DNA of 64,000 nucleotides from Escherichia coli O127:H6 str. E2348/69 (GTDB lineage Bacteria; Pseudomonadota; Gammaproteobacteria; Enterobacterales; Enterobacteriaceae): NCBI RefSeq assembly GCF_000026545.1, contig NC_011601.1; one strand, 5' to 3'. Shown piece by piece: positions 27,286 to 36,339 of this stretch (position 1 is its first letter; each line of letters starts with the position of its first letter). The notes under the pieces were generated by a model. It saw only the letters and a program-made list of their open reading frames with translations, ran no database searches and was not told where the DNA came from. The position numbers and the translations under genes were made by a program.

Positions 27286-28073
27286 GCCTCTGGACTGTTC
27301 CAGTGCGGTACGTTGTTTTCAGGTGAGGTCAGTTTGTTCTGTCTGCTGATCTGCAGACGTCTGGCAAGTTTTTGCTCCCATTGCGCATGGTGGAAAGCCT
27401 TACCCTCGGCCATCCAGTAAACCCTGAACTCTGCAAGCTCCTGCGGTGTTGGCTGGCAATCCAGGTTAATACCCTGCAGAGATGACACCCGGAGAAAATC
27501 ATCCGATGGTGACCAGAGCTCATGCATGACAAATTTCCCGAATTGCCCAAGTCCACCAGGAGGGACAAAGTTGTTAATTACGGCGTTGTTGGCGTCAGGT
27601 TCAGGCGGTACTAAACCACCAGTTTTATCGCCCCTCTCCTTCTCTTGGTTATATGACTGGTTAACTGATAGGTTCTGCATCCCGTTTTTGGGATCATTCA
27701 ACTTCCCGTTTTTGGGATCATTCAACTTCCCGTTTTTGGGTATACTCCCAATTTTGGTAACATTACCGTTTTTGGGTATACTCCCAATTTTGGTAACATT
27801 ACCGTTTTTGGGTATGTTTAAAGAGAAAACCCGGACCCTTCTTGTTGCCCCTTTTCTTTCTCCTGTATCTGAAATTAACCCCATACCGATGAGCGAAATC
27901 AGCCCTGCCTGAACCGTTTTTTTATTCAGGCTTGTGTCGGTAACCAGGCGTTCGATGCTTGGATAACACAGGTTATATTCATCGGCTCGATCAGCCATCG
28001 AGAGCAGGATGAGTTTCAGTGATGAGCTGCCCGGATTTGTTTTCCATGCCCACTCTGTTGCGTGTCTGCTCAT
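27267..28073 (-). CDS. Replication initiator O-like protein with internal origin iterons
   Basis: N-terminal HTH-like region; tandem peptide repeats NIPKNGNVTKIGSIPKNG and KLNDPKNG encoded by DNA iterons; immediately upstream of and overlapping the P-like gene. Confidence 0.55.
   Translation of the reverse strand: MSRHATEWAWKTNPGSSSLKLILLSMADRADEYNLCYPSIERLVTDTSLNKKTVQAGLISLIGMGLISDTGERKGATRRVRVFSLNIPKNGNVTKIGSIPKNGNVTKIGSIPKNGKLNDPKNGKLNDPKNGMQNLSVNQSYNQEKERGDKTGGLVPPEPDANNAVINNFVPPGGLGQFGKFVMHELWSPSDDFLRVSSLQGINLDCQPTPQELAEFRVYWMAEGKAFHHAQWEQKLARRLQISRQNKLTSPENNVPHWNSPEAWEDFL
27681..27815. repeat. Origin-like iterons inside O-like gene
   Basis: Core CCGTTTTTGGG repeated 5 times with 24, 24, 36, 36-bp spacing. 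Confidence 0.5.
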
Positions 28074-28088
28074 GGTAAATACCTGTCG

Positions 28089-28289
28089 TCAGCTTGAATG
28101 TTGCAGGCTGGCTTCGGCCATGAGCTGCTTTATTTCTGCCTGGCGGCGCAGGCTTGTGTTGATGGCGCACGTAACGCAGTGCCCGTTATAAACATAACGT
28201 TCACTGTCATGACCATGCTTACACTGCTTGCCGGTGTAATAACGCTTAAGACCTGCCTTTGCAGCGTCAATACGAGTAATAATCTCCAT
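28089..28289 (-). CDS. Small zinc-ribbon protein (66 aa)
   Basis: CKHGH...HCVTC motif; between cro-like and O-like genes. Confidence 0.4.
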   Translation of the reverse strand: MEIITRIDAAKAGLKRYYTGKQCKHGHDSERYVYNGHCVTCAINTSLRRQAEIKQLMAEASLQHSS

Positions 28290-28436
28290 TGCACAACCTC
28301 ATTACCGTTTACTATTACGATGATTTTGATGCAGGAAGAAAAAAAGATCAACCGTATATGGTTTTTTATTACCAGAAAGGTGTTTTATGCAGGAAGGAGC
28401 CGCCATGGTATGACGGCATTGATGGGTTCAGAGGGA

Positions 28437-28670
28437 TTATCGGTCGTAGAAGAAGAGCACTAATTCAGGTTTAGACTTTGTCCATTCGCGGGAGCGACAC
28501 GCTTTAAAAAGACCTTCCATCAGACGCTTACCCGGCATCTTACGGCGACCGGTCAGGTGCGTCTGGATGTAATGACTGGTGGTACCGGCTTCAACTGCAA
28601 ATGCTTCACGCTCATCAGGAGACAGCCCCAGCCAGTGCTTTTTGAAATCAAATTTTTTTTCGTCACTCAT
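28437..28670 (-). CDS. Cro/CII-like HTH regulator (77 aa)
   Basis: HTH-like AVEAGTTSHYIQTHLTGRR; divergent from repressor gene across a triple-operator region. Confidence 0.5.
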   Translation of the reverse strand: MSDEKKFDFKKHWLGLSPDEREAFAVEAGTTSHYIQTHLTGRRKMPGKRLMEGLFKACRSREWTKSKPELVLFFYDR

Positions 28671-28707
28671 ATTTTGCTTATCTCAGCCTGTCTATTCATA
28701 TCTGAAT

Positions 28708-28772
28708 TATTACCTTTCTGGTGAAAAAATCAATGATTATTACCATTATGGTAACTTTACCTTTATGGTAAT
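28708..28772. promoter_or_regulatory. Right operator region: three tandem palindromic operators between divergent repressor and cro-like genes
   Basis: ATTACCtttctGGTGAA, ATTACCattatGGTAAC, TTTACCtttatGGTAAT. Confidence 0.55.
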
Positions 28773-28825
28773 ATTCATTTAAATTTAGAAGGTTAGGTAA
28801 TAATAAATGGGCAAATACAATAGCT

Positions 28826-29422
28826 ATGAAAAGTATTTATGACATAAGACGCAAAAACCTTAACGAAATCATTCGCCGGGATTTCGATGACACCCAGTTA
28901 CGCTTTGCAGAACGGGTGAAGCGTTCGCAGAACCTGGTCAACAGGTGGTGTACTGGTATCAAAAATATCGGACCTAATGCCGCGCGTATCATCGAAGAAG
29001 CAGCCCGCAAAGAAAAGTTCTGGCTTGATGTCGATCACGAACTGGACGCAGTACAGGATGATATCTTTATTCCGGCCACTGAAGATGGAGAATGGACTGT
29101 AGAGAAGCAGGCCGCCGCCACGCTCAATGCCTGGATGAGAAAGAACAGTGAAATGACATCCGAAAAGAAAGTTGCTGTTGCAGCTGGCATTGGACCTGCC
29201 ACCGTTAACCGCATCATGAAAGCGGAAGTCAGCACAACCATCGGCGTTCTTTCCTCCCTGGCGCGCGCGTTCGGGCATGAAGCATACGAGATGATTATTC
29301 CCGTCGGCTCACCTGGTGTTATCGACTATGACCACCGGATGTATGCAGCCCTGCCACAGGAAGAGAAAAACAAGATCACCTCATTCATCAACTTCGTGTT
29401 TGAGCAGAACAAAAGCAAGTAA
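28826..29422 (+). CDS. Prophage repressor (CI-like) with two HTH domains, no LexA-type peptidase domain
   Basis: Two XRE-type HTH-like segments (LRFAERVKRSQNLVNRWCTG and KKVAVAAGIGPATVNRIMKAEV); flanked on both sides by operator triplets; near-leaderless start. Confidence 0.55.
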   Translation: MKSIYDIRRKNLNEIIRRDFDDTQLRFAERVKRSQNLVNRWCTGIKNIGPNAARIIEEAARKEKFWLDVDHELDAVQDDIFIPATEDGEWTVEKQAAATLNAWMRKNSEMTSEKKVAVAAGIGPATVNRIMKAEVSTTIGVLSSLARAFGHEAYEMIIPVGSPGVIDYDHRMYAALPQEEKNKITSFINFVFEQNKSK

Positions 29423-29479
29423 TCCCCCGCCATTCTGACGCTTTACCTGCCCAATGGCGGTAGGCTCACGCCTCACTCA

Positions 29480-29634
29480 ATTACCAAAATGGTAATTTTT
29501 TCTCGTCATACCTATTGACACAATCACTTTTTGATCTGATTATTACCTAAAAGGTAATACAAGAGCGCATTGCTCAGGCAGAAACCACCACTTCGTGGCT
29601 TTCCTGTATCTACTAGTATTACCAAAATGGTAAT
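29480..29634. promoter_or_regulatory. Left operator region: three palindromic operators
   Basis: ATTACCaaaatGGTAAT (29480), ATTACCtaaaaGGTAAT (29542), ATTACCaaaatGGTAAT (29618), upstream of the plus-strand early operon. Confidence 0.5.
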
Positions 29635-29792
29635 AGCGAGGTTTGTATGCAGTGGAAAATCATCAACGGTTGGTACTGCGTTACAGCTTGCGGGCTGATG
29701 AGCTGGAAGTTCCGCACGCTGGGTGAAGCAATGAACTGGGTATTCGTCAGCAAGCTGGCGGTAAAAACAGAAATGGATATGGGGGTGAGCAA

Positions 29793-30752
29793 GTGAGCGA
29801 ATTAGCAATTATCGAAATTGCGCCGGACATGGCGCCAAGTATTTACGTAGAAAACGGTCTGGAAAAGTTCCTCGAACAGATCCGCGAAAGCGTTAAGGAA
29901 GTTCCTGACCTGAGTACTGCCAAAGGTCGTGCCCGCATTGCATCTCTGGCAGCACAGGTTTCTCGCAGTAAAACAGCAGTTGAAAAGCCTGGCCGCGATT
30001 ACCTTCGTCATCTGAAAGAAGCCGTCAAACCTGCTGAGGCTGAACTTCGTCGATTTGTATCAGCTTGCGATGAGATGCGCGATGAAGTTCGCCGCCCGCT
30101 TACCGAATGGGAAGCAGAACAAGAACGCATCAAGGCAGAAGAAGCCATGAACGCGATGCACGTCGAAGCGCTGGAGATGAACATTAAGTTCGACCAGGAG
30201 CTGGCGGCCAAGTTCGAAGCAGATCACGAAATGGCATTGCTGATGAATGACGCATTCGACCGCGAAGCGAAGGCGAAAGCAGAAGAAGCAGAACGCCAGC
30301 GCATTGCTCATGAAGAAGAGTTGAAGCGCCAGTCAGAAGAAAAGGCCAAGCGTGAAGCTGAAGAGAAAATCGAACGCGAACGCGCTGAATCTGCACGTCG
30401 CGAGGCTGAATTAAAGTTCAAGGCTGAGCAAGCAGAGCGTGACCGTATTGCCGCAGAGCAAAAAGCTGAAGCAGAGAAGAAGGAAGCCGCTGATCGTGCC
30501 GAGCGCGAAAAGCAGGAAGCTATCGCAGCCGAACAACGCAAAGCCGAAGCAAAAGATGCTGCTCGCCTGGCTGAAGAGAAGCGAATCGCTGATGAAGCTG
30601 CAGCGCGCGCCGCTGATGTAGAGCATCGTCGCGCTATTAATGCCTCTGCTGTTCAGGCTCTGATCGAGCAGGGCATTCCAGAAGACTGGGCCAAAGCCTG
30701 CGTAGTCGCTATCGCTCGCGGGAAAGTTCCGGCAACAACCATCAACTACTGA
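29793..30752 (+). CDS. Hypothetical coiled-coil protein, Ala/Glu/Lys/Arg-rich (319 aa, GTG start)
   Basis: Long charged low-complexity helical segment; first gene of leftward early operon. Confidence 0.45.
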   Translation: MSELAIIEIAPDMAPSIYVENGLEKFLEQIRESVKEVPDLSTAKGRARIASLAAQVSRSKTAVEKPGRDYLRHLKEAVKPAEAELRRFVSACDEMRDEVRRPLTEWEAEQERIKAEEAMNAMHVEALEMNIKFDQELAAKFEADHEMALLMNDAFDREAKAKAEEAERQRIAHEEELKRQSEEKAKREAEEKIERERAESARREAELKFKAEQAERDRIAAEQKAEAEKKEAADRAEREKQEAIAAEQRKAEAKDAARLAEEKRIADEAAARAADVEHRRAINASAVQALIEQGIPEDWAKACVVAIARGKVPATTINY

Positions 30753-30753
30753 G

Positions 30754-31062
30754 GTGGCTATGCACATTCAGCAATTCAATAACCTGAAAAAAATAGCCGC
30801 TCAGTTCAGCAGCGACTACCAGCTGTCATCAGAACTGTATGACCGCCACGTTGAGCTGATCGAAGCAGTCGCTGGTTGCGAAATGGAAGAGTCATTCAAA
30901 CGCGCCATTCTCCGTGCCGGTGTTCGCTATGAAGTTCTGGAGGCGGCATTTGAAAGTGATGATTTCGAAGAGCTGATGTCGTCATTCAAACGTGAATTGA
31001 CTGGCGTCATCGCACGTCTTGACCTTGCTGACCAGATCGACAGCAAAAGGAATGCAGCATGA
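30754..31062 (+). CDS. Hypothetical protein (102 aa)
   Basis: ORF, 4-nt overlap with exonuclease gene. Confidence 0.4.
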   Translation: MAMHIQQFNNLKKIAAQFSSDYQLSSELYDRHVELIEAVAGCEMEESFKRAILRAGVRYEVLEAAFESDDFEELMSSFKRELTGVIARLDLADQIDSKRNAA

Positions 31063-31880
31063 ATACCGGTATCTATTTCGACATCAGCAATGAGGACTAC
31101 CACGACGGTGACGGAGTGAGTAAGTCACAACTGGATATGGTAGCCAAGAACCCTGCCCTTCTGAAATGGGTCAAGGCAGCGCCGGAAGATGAAGAGAAAA
31201 AATCGGCACTGGACATGGGTACCGCCCTGCACTGCCTGCTACTGGAGCCGAAGGAATTCGATAAGCGTTTCATCGTGGCGCCACAGTTCAACCGCCGCAC
31301 AAATCAGGGAAAAGCAGACGAAGAAGCATTCCTGAAAGACGTTGCCGACATGGGTATGACGGTGATGGATGCCGAGCAGGGCCGGAAGCTGAAACTGATG
31401 CGCGACAGCGCAATGGCTCACCCGGCGGCGCGCTGGATGCTGGAAGCGCCAGGACACTGTGAAGCATCGATGTACTGGAATGACGAAGATACTGGCGAAC
31501 TGTGCCGAATCCGTCCGGATAAATGGCTGAACGAGCACAACGTGATCGTCGATGTGAAAAAGGTTGCAGACATGGATCGCTTTGCCCGTCACATCGAGGA
31601 ATTCCGCTACCACGTCCAGGACGCCATGTACCGCGAAGGCGCACTGAAAGTAACCGGGCAGCCACACGGATTCTTCTTTCTGGCTGTGAGCGAAACCATC
31701 GACTGCGGTCGATACCCTGTCCGCGTGTTCGAGCTGGATGCGCCAGATGTTGACGCCGGGCATCAGTTATTCCGCCGGGATCTGAACACCTATCACGAAT
31801 GCCGCATCAGCGATGAATGGGGCGGCGTGGAAATTATTAAACGCCCTGAATGGGCACGAAAACAGGATATGTACGTATGA
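31059..31880 (+). CDS. Recombination exonuclease (PD-(D/E)XK, lambda-exo/YqaJ-type)
   Basis: IVDVKKV DxK-type motif; translationally coupled (ATGA) to downstream annealing-protein gene. Confidence 0.5.
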   Translation: MNTGIYFDISNEDYHDGDGVSKSQLDMVAKNPALLKWVKAAPEDEEKKSALDMGTALHCLLLEPKEFDKRFIVAPQFNRRTNQGKADEEAFLKDVADMGMTVMDAEQGRKLKLMRDSAMAHPAARWMLEAPGHCEASMYWNDEDTGELCRIRPDKWLNEHNVIVDVKKVADMDRFARHIEEFRYHVQDAMYREGALKVTGQPHGFFFLAVSETIDCGRYPVRVFELDAPDVDAGHQLFRRDLNTYHECRISDEWGGVEIIKRPEWARKQDMYV

Positions 31881-32758
31881 GCAACGATATCGCAATCACA
31901 TCACAGCCAGGCGCTACCGTAGGGACAGCGGCTGCAATATTCAGTCCTGAGGGTATGGACCGCCTGGTACGTTTCGCAACCCTGATGGCAGACAGTAAAG
32001 CAACCGTTCCTCAGCACCTGGCAGGAAAGCCTGCTGATTGTCTGGCAGTTACCATGCAGGCGGCGCAATGGGGCATGAACCCGTTCGCTGTTGCGCAGAA
32101 GACGCACGTTGTAAACGGAACTCTTGGCTATGAAGCACAACTGGTTAACGCCGTCGTGTCTTCTTCAAACCTGCTTTCAACTCGCCTGAATTACCGCTGG
32201 GATGGTGACTGGTCAAAGGTGAATGGCAAGAGCGACAAATCACCATCACTGACCGTTACAGTATCGGCAGTACTGAAAGGCGAAGCAGAGCCGCGCGAGC
32301 TTACCATCAGCATGGCTCAGGCAGGTGTCCGTAACTCTCCGCTGTGGGAACAGGATCCACGACAGCAGCTTGCTTACCTGTGCGTTAAGCGTTGGGCTCG
32401 TCTGCATGCACCTGATGTTCTGCTCGGAGTATACACCCCTGACGAATTGCAGGAGACAACACCGCGTGTTGAGCGCGACATCACGCCATCTGCGGCAACG
32501 GCTCAGGGCATGAACAGCCTGATCAACTCAAAACCAGAGCAGAAGCAGGAAGAGCGTCAGCAGCATAAAGACGATCGCGGTCCTGAAGAGATTTTGCACG
32601 CATTTTCCGGCGCGGCGATGAACTACAACACCCAGGCTGACCTGGACAAAGCATACAAATACGTTGCCCAGAAACTGGCTGGTGATGATGACCTGCTGGC
32701 AAAAGCAACCGATGTTTACACCATCCGTTGTGACGAACTGAACGAAGTACCGATGTAA
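31877..32758 (+). CDS. Single-strand annealing protein, Red-beta/RecT family (293 aa from ATG at 31877)
   Basis: SPLWEQDPRQQLAYLCVKRWARLHAPDVLLGVY resembles lambda Bet GPWQSHPKRMLRHKAMIQCARLAFGFAGIY. Confidence 0.55.
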   Translation: MSNDIAITSQPGATVGTAAAIFSPEGMDRLVRFATLMADSKATVPQHLAGKPADCLAVTMQAAQWGMNPFAVAQKTHVVNGTLGYEAQLVNAVVSSSNLLSTRLNYRWDGDWSKVNGKSDKSPSLTVTVSAVLKGEAEPRELTISMAQAGVRNSPLWEQDPRQQLAYLCVKRWARLHAPDVLLGVYTPDELQETTPRVERDITPSAATAQGMNSLINSKPEQKQEERQQHKDDRGPEEILHAFSGAAMNYNTQADLDKAYKYVAQKLAGDDDLLAKATDVYTIRCDELNEVPM

Positions 32759-32801
32759 TCACCACTGCGGCGCCACGCGCGCCGCAAATGCAAGAGAGGT
32801 A

Positions 32802-33053
32802 ATGATGAAAAGAGCATTTGGCAAAAAGGAACTGATGGCAGTGGTGCCGGTATCGATGAGCACCATTGACCGCATGGAGCGCAATGGCGAGTTCCCGCAG
32901 CGCTTCTGGATCACTGATAAACGTTGTGCATGGAATGCTGAAGAGGTTGAGAACTGGCTTGATGAGCGTCAGGCCACCAGCCCGGCAGAGTTCACCGGAA
33001 AAAAGCCGCCGGTTGATCAGCGTGTTTACCGCCCAGTAAGTAACGCCGCATGA
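32802..33053 (+). CDS. AlpA-family HTH protein (putative excisionase/regulator)
   Basis: ELMAVVPVSMSTIDRMERNGEFPQRFWITDKRCAWNAEEVENW matches AlpA/Xis-type HTH pattern. Confidence 0.5.
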   Translation: MMKRAFGKKELMAVVPVSMSTIDRMERNGEFPQRFWITDKRCAWNAEEVENWLDERQATSPAEFTGKKPPVDQRVYRPVSNAA

Positions 33054-33078
33054 CAGCGCTGATCAGGCACTGGGAAAA

Positions 33079-33462
33079 ATGGTCAGGATGGTACTTATTC
33101 CTGACCGCCGTTTCCGCCTGGCTGTATCTGCTGGCGGTAATTTTCAGAGAAGGCTGGATCCGATGAGCAAATTAACCCGTCTTGAAAAGTATCACCTGAA
33201 CTATGTGTCTCAGCGTCAGGCTTCAAAGGTTGTCGCCGTTACTCCGGCGGCGATAGAGGTAGAAAAGCGCGCTGTTGAGCGTGAATCGAAAGGCCAGTAC
33301 CGCATTGCAGCCCGACTCTGGTTGCTGTGTATGGATGTAGCGGTCGGTGAAGTGGAGCGCGCCAGAATAGCGATACGCCGTGATCAGTGCATATCAAAAG
33401 GTAACGGCCTGCGCCGAGGCGAATATGCAGGGATCGGATGTCGCGGGGTGGTGTATGACTAA
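33079..33462 (+). CDS. Hypothetical protein (start uncertain; alternative ATG at 33163)
   Basis: ORF only. Confidence 0.3.
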   Translation: MVRMVLIPDRRFRLAVSAGGNFQRRLDPMSKLTRLEKYHLNYVSQRQASKVVAVTPAAIEVEKRAVERESKGQYRIAARLWLLCMDVAVGEVERARIAIRRDQCISKGNGLRRGEYAGIGCRGVVYD

Positions 33463-33613
33463 TCCTCACGACAATATCAGCGTCGGCAGTATCACGCTGG
33501 TTTATTCAGCTCTGCGCCGCGGGTGGCTTGTACCTGGCGGAAGTGTCATACAGAACCCATTAAAGGCTCAGCGCATTGCTGAGCTGATGAACAGCAAGAA
33601 GGTGGCGGCATGA
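33425..33613 (+). CDS. Hypothetical small protein (62 aa)
   Basis: ATG at 33425 with GAGG upstream; ATGA overlap with downstream gene. Confidence 0.3.
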   Translation: MQGSDVAGWCMTNPHDNISVGSITLVYSALRRGWLVPGGSVIQNPLKAQRIAELMNSKKVAA

Positions 33614-34323
33614 AAGAGCGCGGAATGATTTTTAACGGAGAGATGGTGCGCGCCCTGCTGGACGGACGGAAGACGCAGACGCGGAGACCTCTCAAATGGA
33701 AGCAAACTCGGTTTACTGAAATAGCTGAACGCGAAGACGGTAGCCATTGGCCGTGGAGTGAGGATGCAGAAAATGTGTGCGATTTCTGGCATCCATGCCC
33801 GTTCGGTGCCGTCGGCGATCGCATCTGGGTGCGGGAGACGTGGGGCGTAGTGAGTCATGAACTGGATGAAGACGGTCGCATTCAGCCATGGATCCCTGAC
33901 CGACCTGCCACAGCCATTCACGAGATGCCGTTTGGTAATGGCTACTATTCTGGTCACGCTATCTACGCCGCAGATGGTGATTTTACATGGGGTGATGATG
34001 ATGGTTATGAAGATGGTCGTTCGTGCTGGAAACCATCTATCCATATGCCACGCGCAGCATGTCGCATTCTGCTGGAGGTTACCGGCGTGCGGGTGGAGCG
34101 CTTGAACGCTATCAGCGAAGAGGATGCGCGAGCAGAAGGAATTATTGACGGTGGCTGTCTCAATTGCGGTGAACCTGAACCATGCGGTTGCGCTAATCCA
34201 GATCCTGACGCGACAGATGCCTTCGCTTACCTGTGGCAATCGATCTATGGGCAGGAAAACTGGAACGCGAACCCTTGGGTATGGGTCATCGAGTTCAAGC
34301 GCGTTGAAGGCGGTGCAGCATGA
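33610..34323 (+). CDS. ASCH/PUA-like domain protein (237 aa)
   Basis: N-terminal MIFNGEMVRALLDGRKTQTRR typical of ASCH-domain proteins (from memory); ATGA-coupled to methyltransferase gene. Confidence 0.45.
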   Translation: MKERGMIFNGEMVRALLDGRKTQTRRPLKWKQTRFTEIAEREDGSHWPWSEDAENVCDFWHPCPFGAVGDRIWVRETWGVVSHELDEDGRIQPWIPDRPATAIHEMPFGNGYYSGHAIYAADGDFTWGDDDGYEDGRSCWKPSIHMPRAACRILLEVTGVRVERLNAISEEDARAEGIIDGGCLNCGEPEPCGCANPDPDATDAFAYLWQSIYGQENWNANPWVWVIEFKRVEGGAA

Positions 34324-34913
34324 ACGGTAAATACACTCTGATTTATGCTGATCCTCCTTGGTCATACCGCGACAAAGCAGCCGACGGCGAGCGCGGCGCC
34401 GGATTTAAATATCCGGTTATGAACGTGCTGGATATCTGTCGCCTGCCAGTGTGGGATCTTGCCGCCGACGATTGCCTACTGGCAATGTGGTGGGTTCCTA
34501 CTCAGCCGGTTGAGGCGTTGAAAGTGGTCGAATCGTGGGGCTTCAAGCTGATGACCATGAAGGGATTCACCTGGCACAAGACGAATAAGCACAAAGGTAA
34601 CAGCGCGATCGGCATGGGCCACATGACAAGGGCGAACAGCGAAGACTGCCTGTTTGCGGTGCGTGGGAAACTACCGGCCCGCATGGATGCGTCAATCTGC
34701 CAGCACGTCACGGCGCCGCGCATGGAAAACTCGCGCAAGCCTGACATCATCCGCGAAAAACTGGTGCAGTTGCTGGGCGATGTTCCGCGCATTGAGCTAT
34801 TCGCCCGCCAGTCGTCACATGGTTTCGACGTATGGGGCAATCAGTGCGAAGGCCCGTCGGTGCAGTTGCTACCAGGCTGCTCTGTTCCGGTTGTAAGGAC
34901 GGAGGCAGCATGA
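34320..34913 (+). CDS. MT-A70-family N6-adenine methyltransferase
   Basis: DPPW catalytic motif (LIYADPPWSY). Confidence 0.65.
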   Translation: MNGKYTLIYADPPWSYRDKAADGERGAGFKYPVMNVLDICRLPVWDLAADDCLLAMWWVPTQPVEALKVVESWGFKLMTMKGFTWHKTNKHKGNSAIGMGHMTRANSEDCLFAVRGKLPARMDASICQHVTAPRMENSRKPDIIREKLVQLLGDVPRIELFARQSSHGFDVWGNQCEGPSVQLLPGCSVPVVRTEAA

Positions 34914-35089
34914 CAATGTTCAATGAGGCGGAGTTAATCCGCCAACTGGAAGAACAGCGCGCTGTGATTGTGCAGAAAAGTGCTCAAGTTAACTGGTTGC
35001 AAACTGAAAACAGTGTTTTGCACAAGAAATGTGAAGAACTGCAAATGACAGTTGATCTACAGCGAGAATTTATACAATCCAGAAATTAA
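34910..35089 (+). CDS. Small coiled-coil protein (59 aa from ATG at 34910)
   Basis: GGAGG RBS; ATGA overlap with methyltransferase stop. Confidence 0.35.
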   Translation: MTMFNEAELIRQLEEQRAVIVQKSAQVNWLQTENSVLHKKCEELQMTVDLQREFIQSRN

Positions 35090-36339
35090 TCACCTTCACT
35101 CATCCATCGCTCAAACTTCGACGGGGAGAATGGCACCAGATCGGTGTGCTCCCCGCTAATCCAGGCATCAACCATATCTGCCCACTGCTGCAACATGTAG
35201 GCGCGCTGCCTGGCGTACTCCGCTTTGTTGTATACCGCACGCACTCCCTTTTGCTCATGCGCCAGCGCCTTTTCAATCCAGTCTGATGGATAACCAGCCT
35301 CATGCAACAGCGTACTGGCTGTGCGGCGCAGGTCGTGCACAGAGAATTCATCAAGATGCCCACCAGCCTCGCTCACCGCTTCGACGGTGGTATTGATCAG
35401 CCTGTTCAGTGCGCCATTGGATAACGGCTTGCTAACCGAATAGCGCCCGGGCAAAAGGTAATCACTTCCACCAGCGCACATCTGCAGGCCAACAATGAGA
35501 TCCTGCGCCTGCTTTGGCAGATAGATAACGTGTGACCGGCTTCCCTTCATTCGTTCCGCCGGTATCGTCCATGTCCATTTTTTGAAATCGATTTCTGACC
35601 ATGTGGCGTTGGTGAACTCGCTTTTGCGAACCAGGGTGAGCAGCACCAGTTTTAATGCCAGTTTCATTGTGGCCATAGCCCCGACATTATCCAGCGCCCG
35701 GAAGAATACGCCTATCTCTTCAGGTTGCAGCGTGCGGTCGCGCGGCTTGAACATGGCTATTGATGAAGGCTTGATATCAGCAGCAGGATTAAACAGGCCA
35801 TGCCCGCGATCATTAGCGTGACGGTATACACTGCTGATTATCTCTCTGGCTTGCACTGCCGTAGCCCGGCCTCCACGTTCAACAATGCGATCGCACAGGT
35901 CACGCACCATGCCGGTGGTTATCTCAGCCATCATTTTGTTACCCAGCACCGGCATGATGTCGCGATCGATAACGGCCTGTTTCATCGCCCGGGTACTGTC
36001 AGCCAGAATGACGTGCTTCATATAGCTGTCGGTATGTACCGCGAAGGTTTCAGCACCACGGATCTTTTTGATACCGTCACGTTTCGCCGCAGCTGGCGAC
36101 TGGCCTGCCTTTAACAGTTTTTTGGCAGCAATGAGTTCTTCTCGTGCTTCCGCCAGGCTGATACCGTCACGACCGTACTGACCGATGACCAGCGTTTCCC
36201 GGCGCCCGTTAATGCGGTAGTCGTACCGGAAAGAGACAGAACCGGAAGTAAGCACCGCAACATACAGCCCGTCACGATCCGAAACCTTATACAGTTTGTC
36301 CTGCGGCTTGAGGTTTTTCAGTTTGGTATCAGTAAGCAC
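35086..36339 (-). CDS. int: Tyrosine integrase (P4-type)
   Basis: N-terminus MLTDTKLKNLKPQDKLYKVSDRDGLYVAV typical of P4-like integrases; C-terminal HDLRRT...Y catalytic region; adjacent to guaA 3' end. Confidence 0.8.
   Translation of the reverse strand: MLTDTKLKNLKPQDKLYKVSDRDGLYVAVLTSGSVSFRYDYRINGRRETLVIGQYGRDGISLAEAREELIAAKKLLKAGQSPAAAKRDGIKKIRGAETFAVHTDSYMKHVILADSTRAMKQAVIDRDIMPVLGNKMMAEITTGMVRDLCDRIVERGGRATAVQAREIISSVYRHANDRGHGLFNPAADIKPSSIAMFKPRDRTLQPEEIGVFFRALDNVGAMATMKLALKLVLLTLVRKSEFTNATWSEIDFKKWTWTIPAERMKGSRSHVIYLPKQAQDLIVGLQMCAGGSDYLLPGRYSVSKPLSNGALNRLINTTVEAVSEAGGHLDEFSVHDLRRTASTLLHEAGYPSDWIEKALAHEQKGVRAVYNKAEYARQRAYMLQQWADMVDAWISGEHTDLVPFSPSKFERWMSEGD

Noticed and set aside
27681-27815. 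Tandem repeats that might suggest a CRISPR-like array
   Set aside because: Repeats are in-frame within the O-like gene, have no spacer-like unique inserts of regular length, and no cas genes are nearby; interpreted as origin iterons
29647-29796. Possible ~50-aa ORF (MQWKIINGW...) upstream of the coiled-coil gene
   Set aside because: Short, weak RBS, overlaps the third left operator; insufficient evidence
33568-34365. 265-aa minus-strand ORF
   Set aside because: Antisense to the coupled ASCH and MT-A70 genes, which carry recognisable motifs
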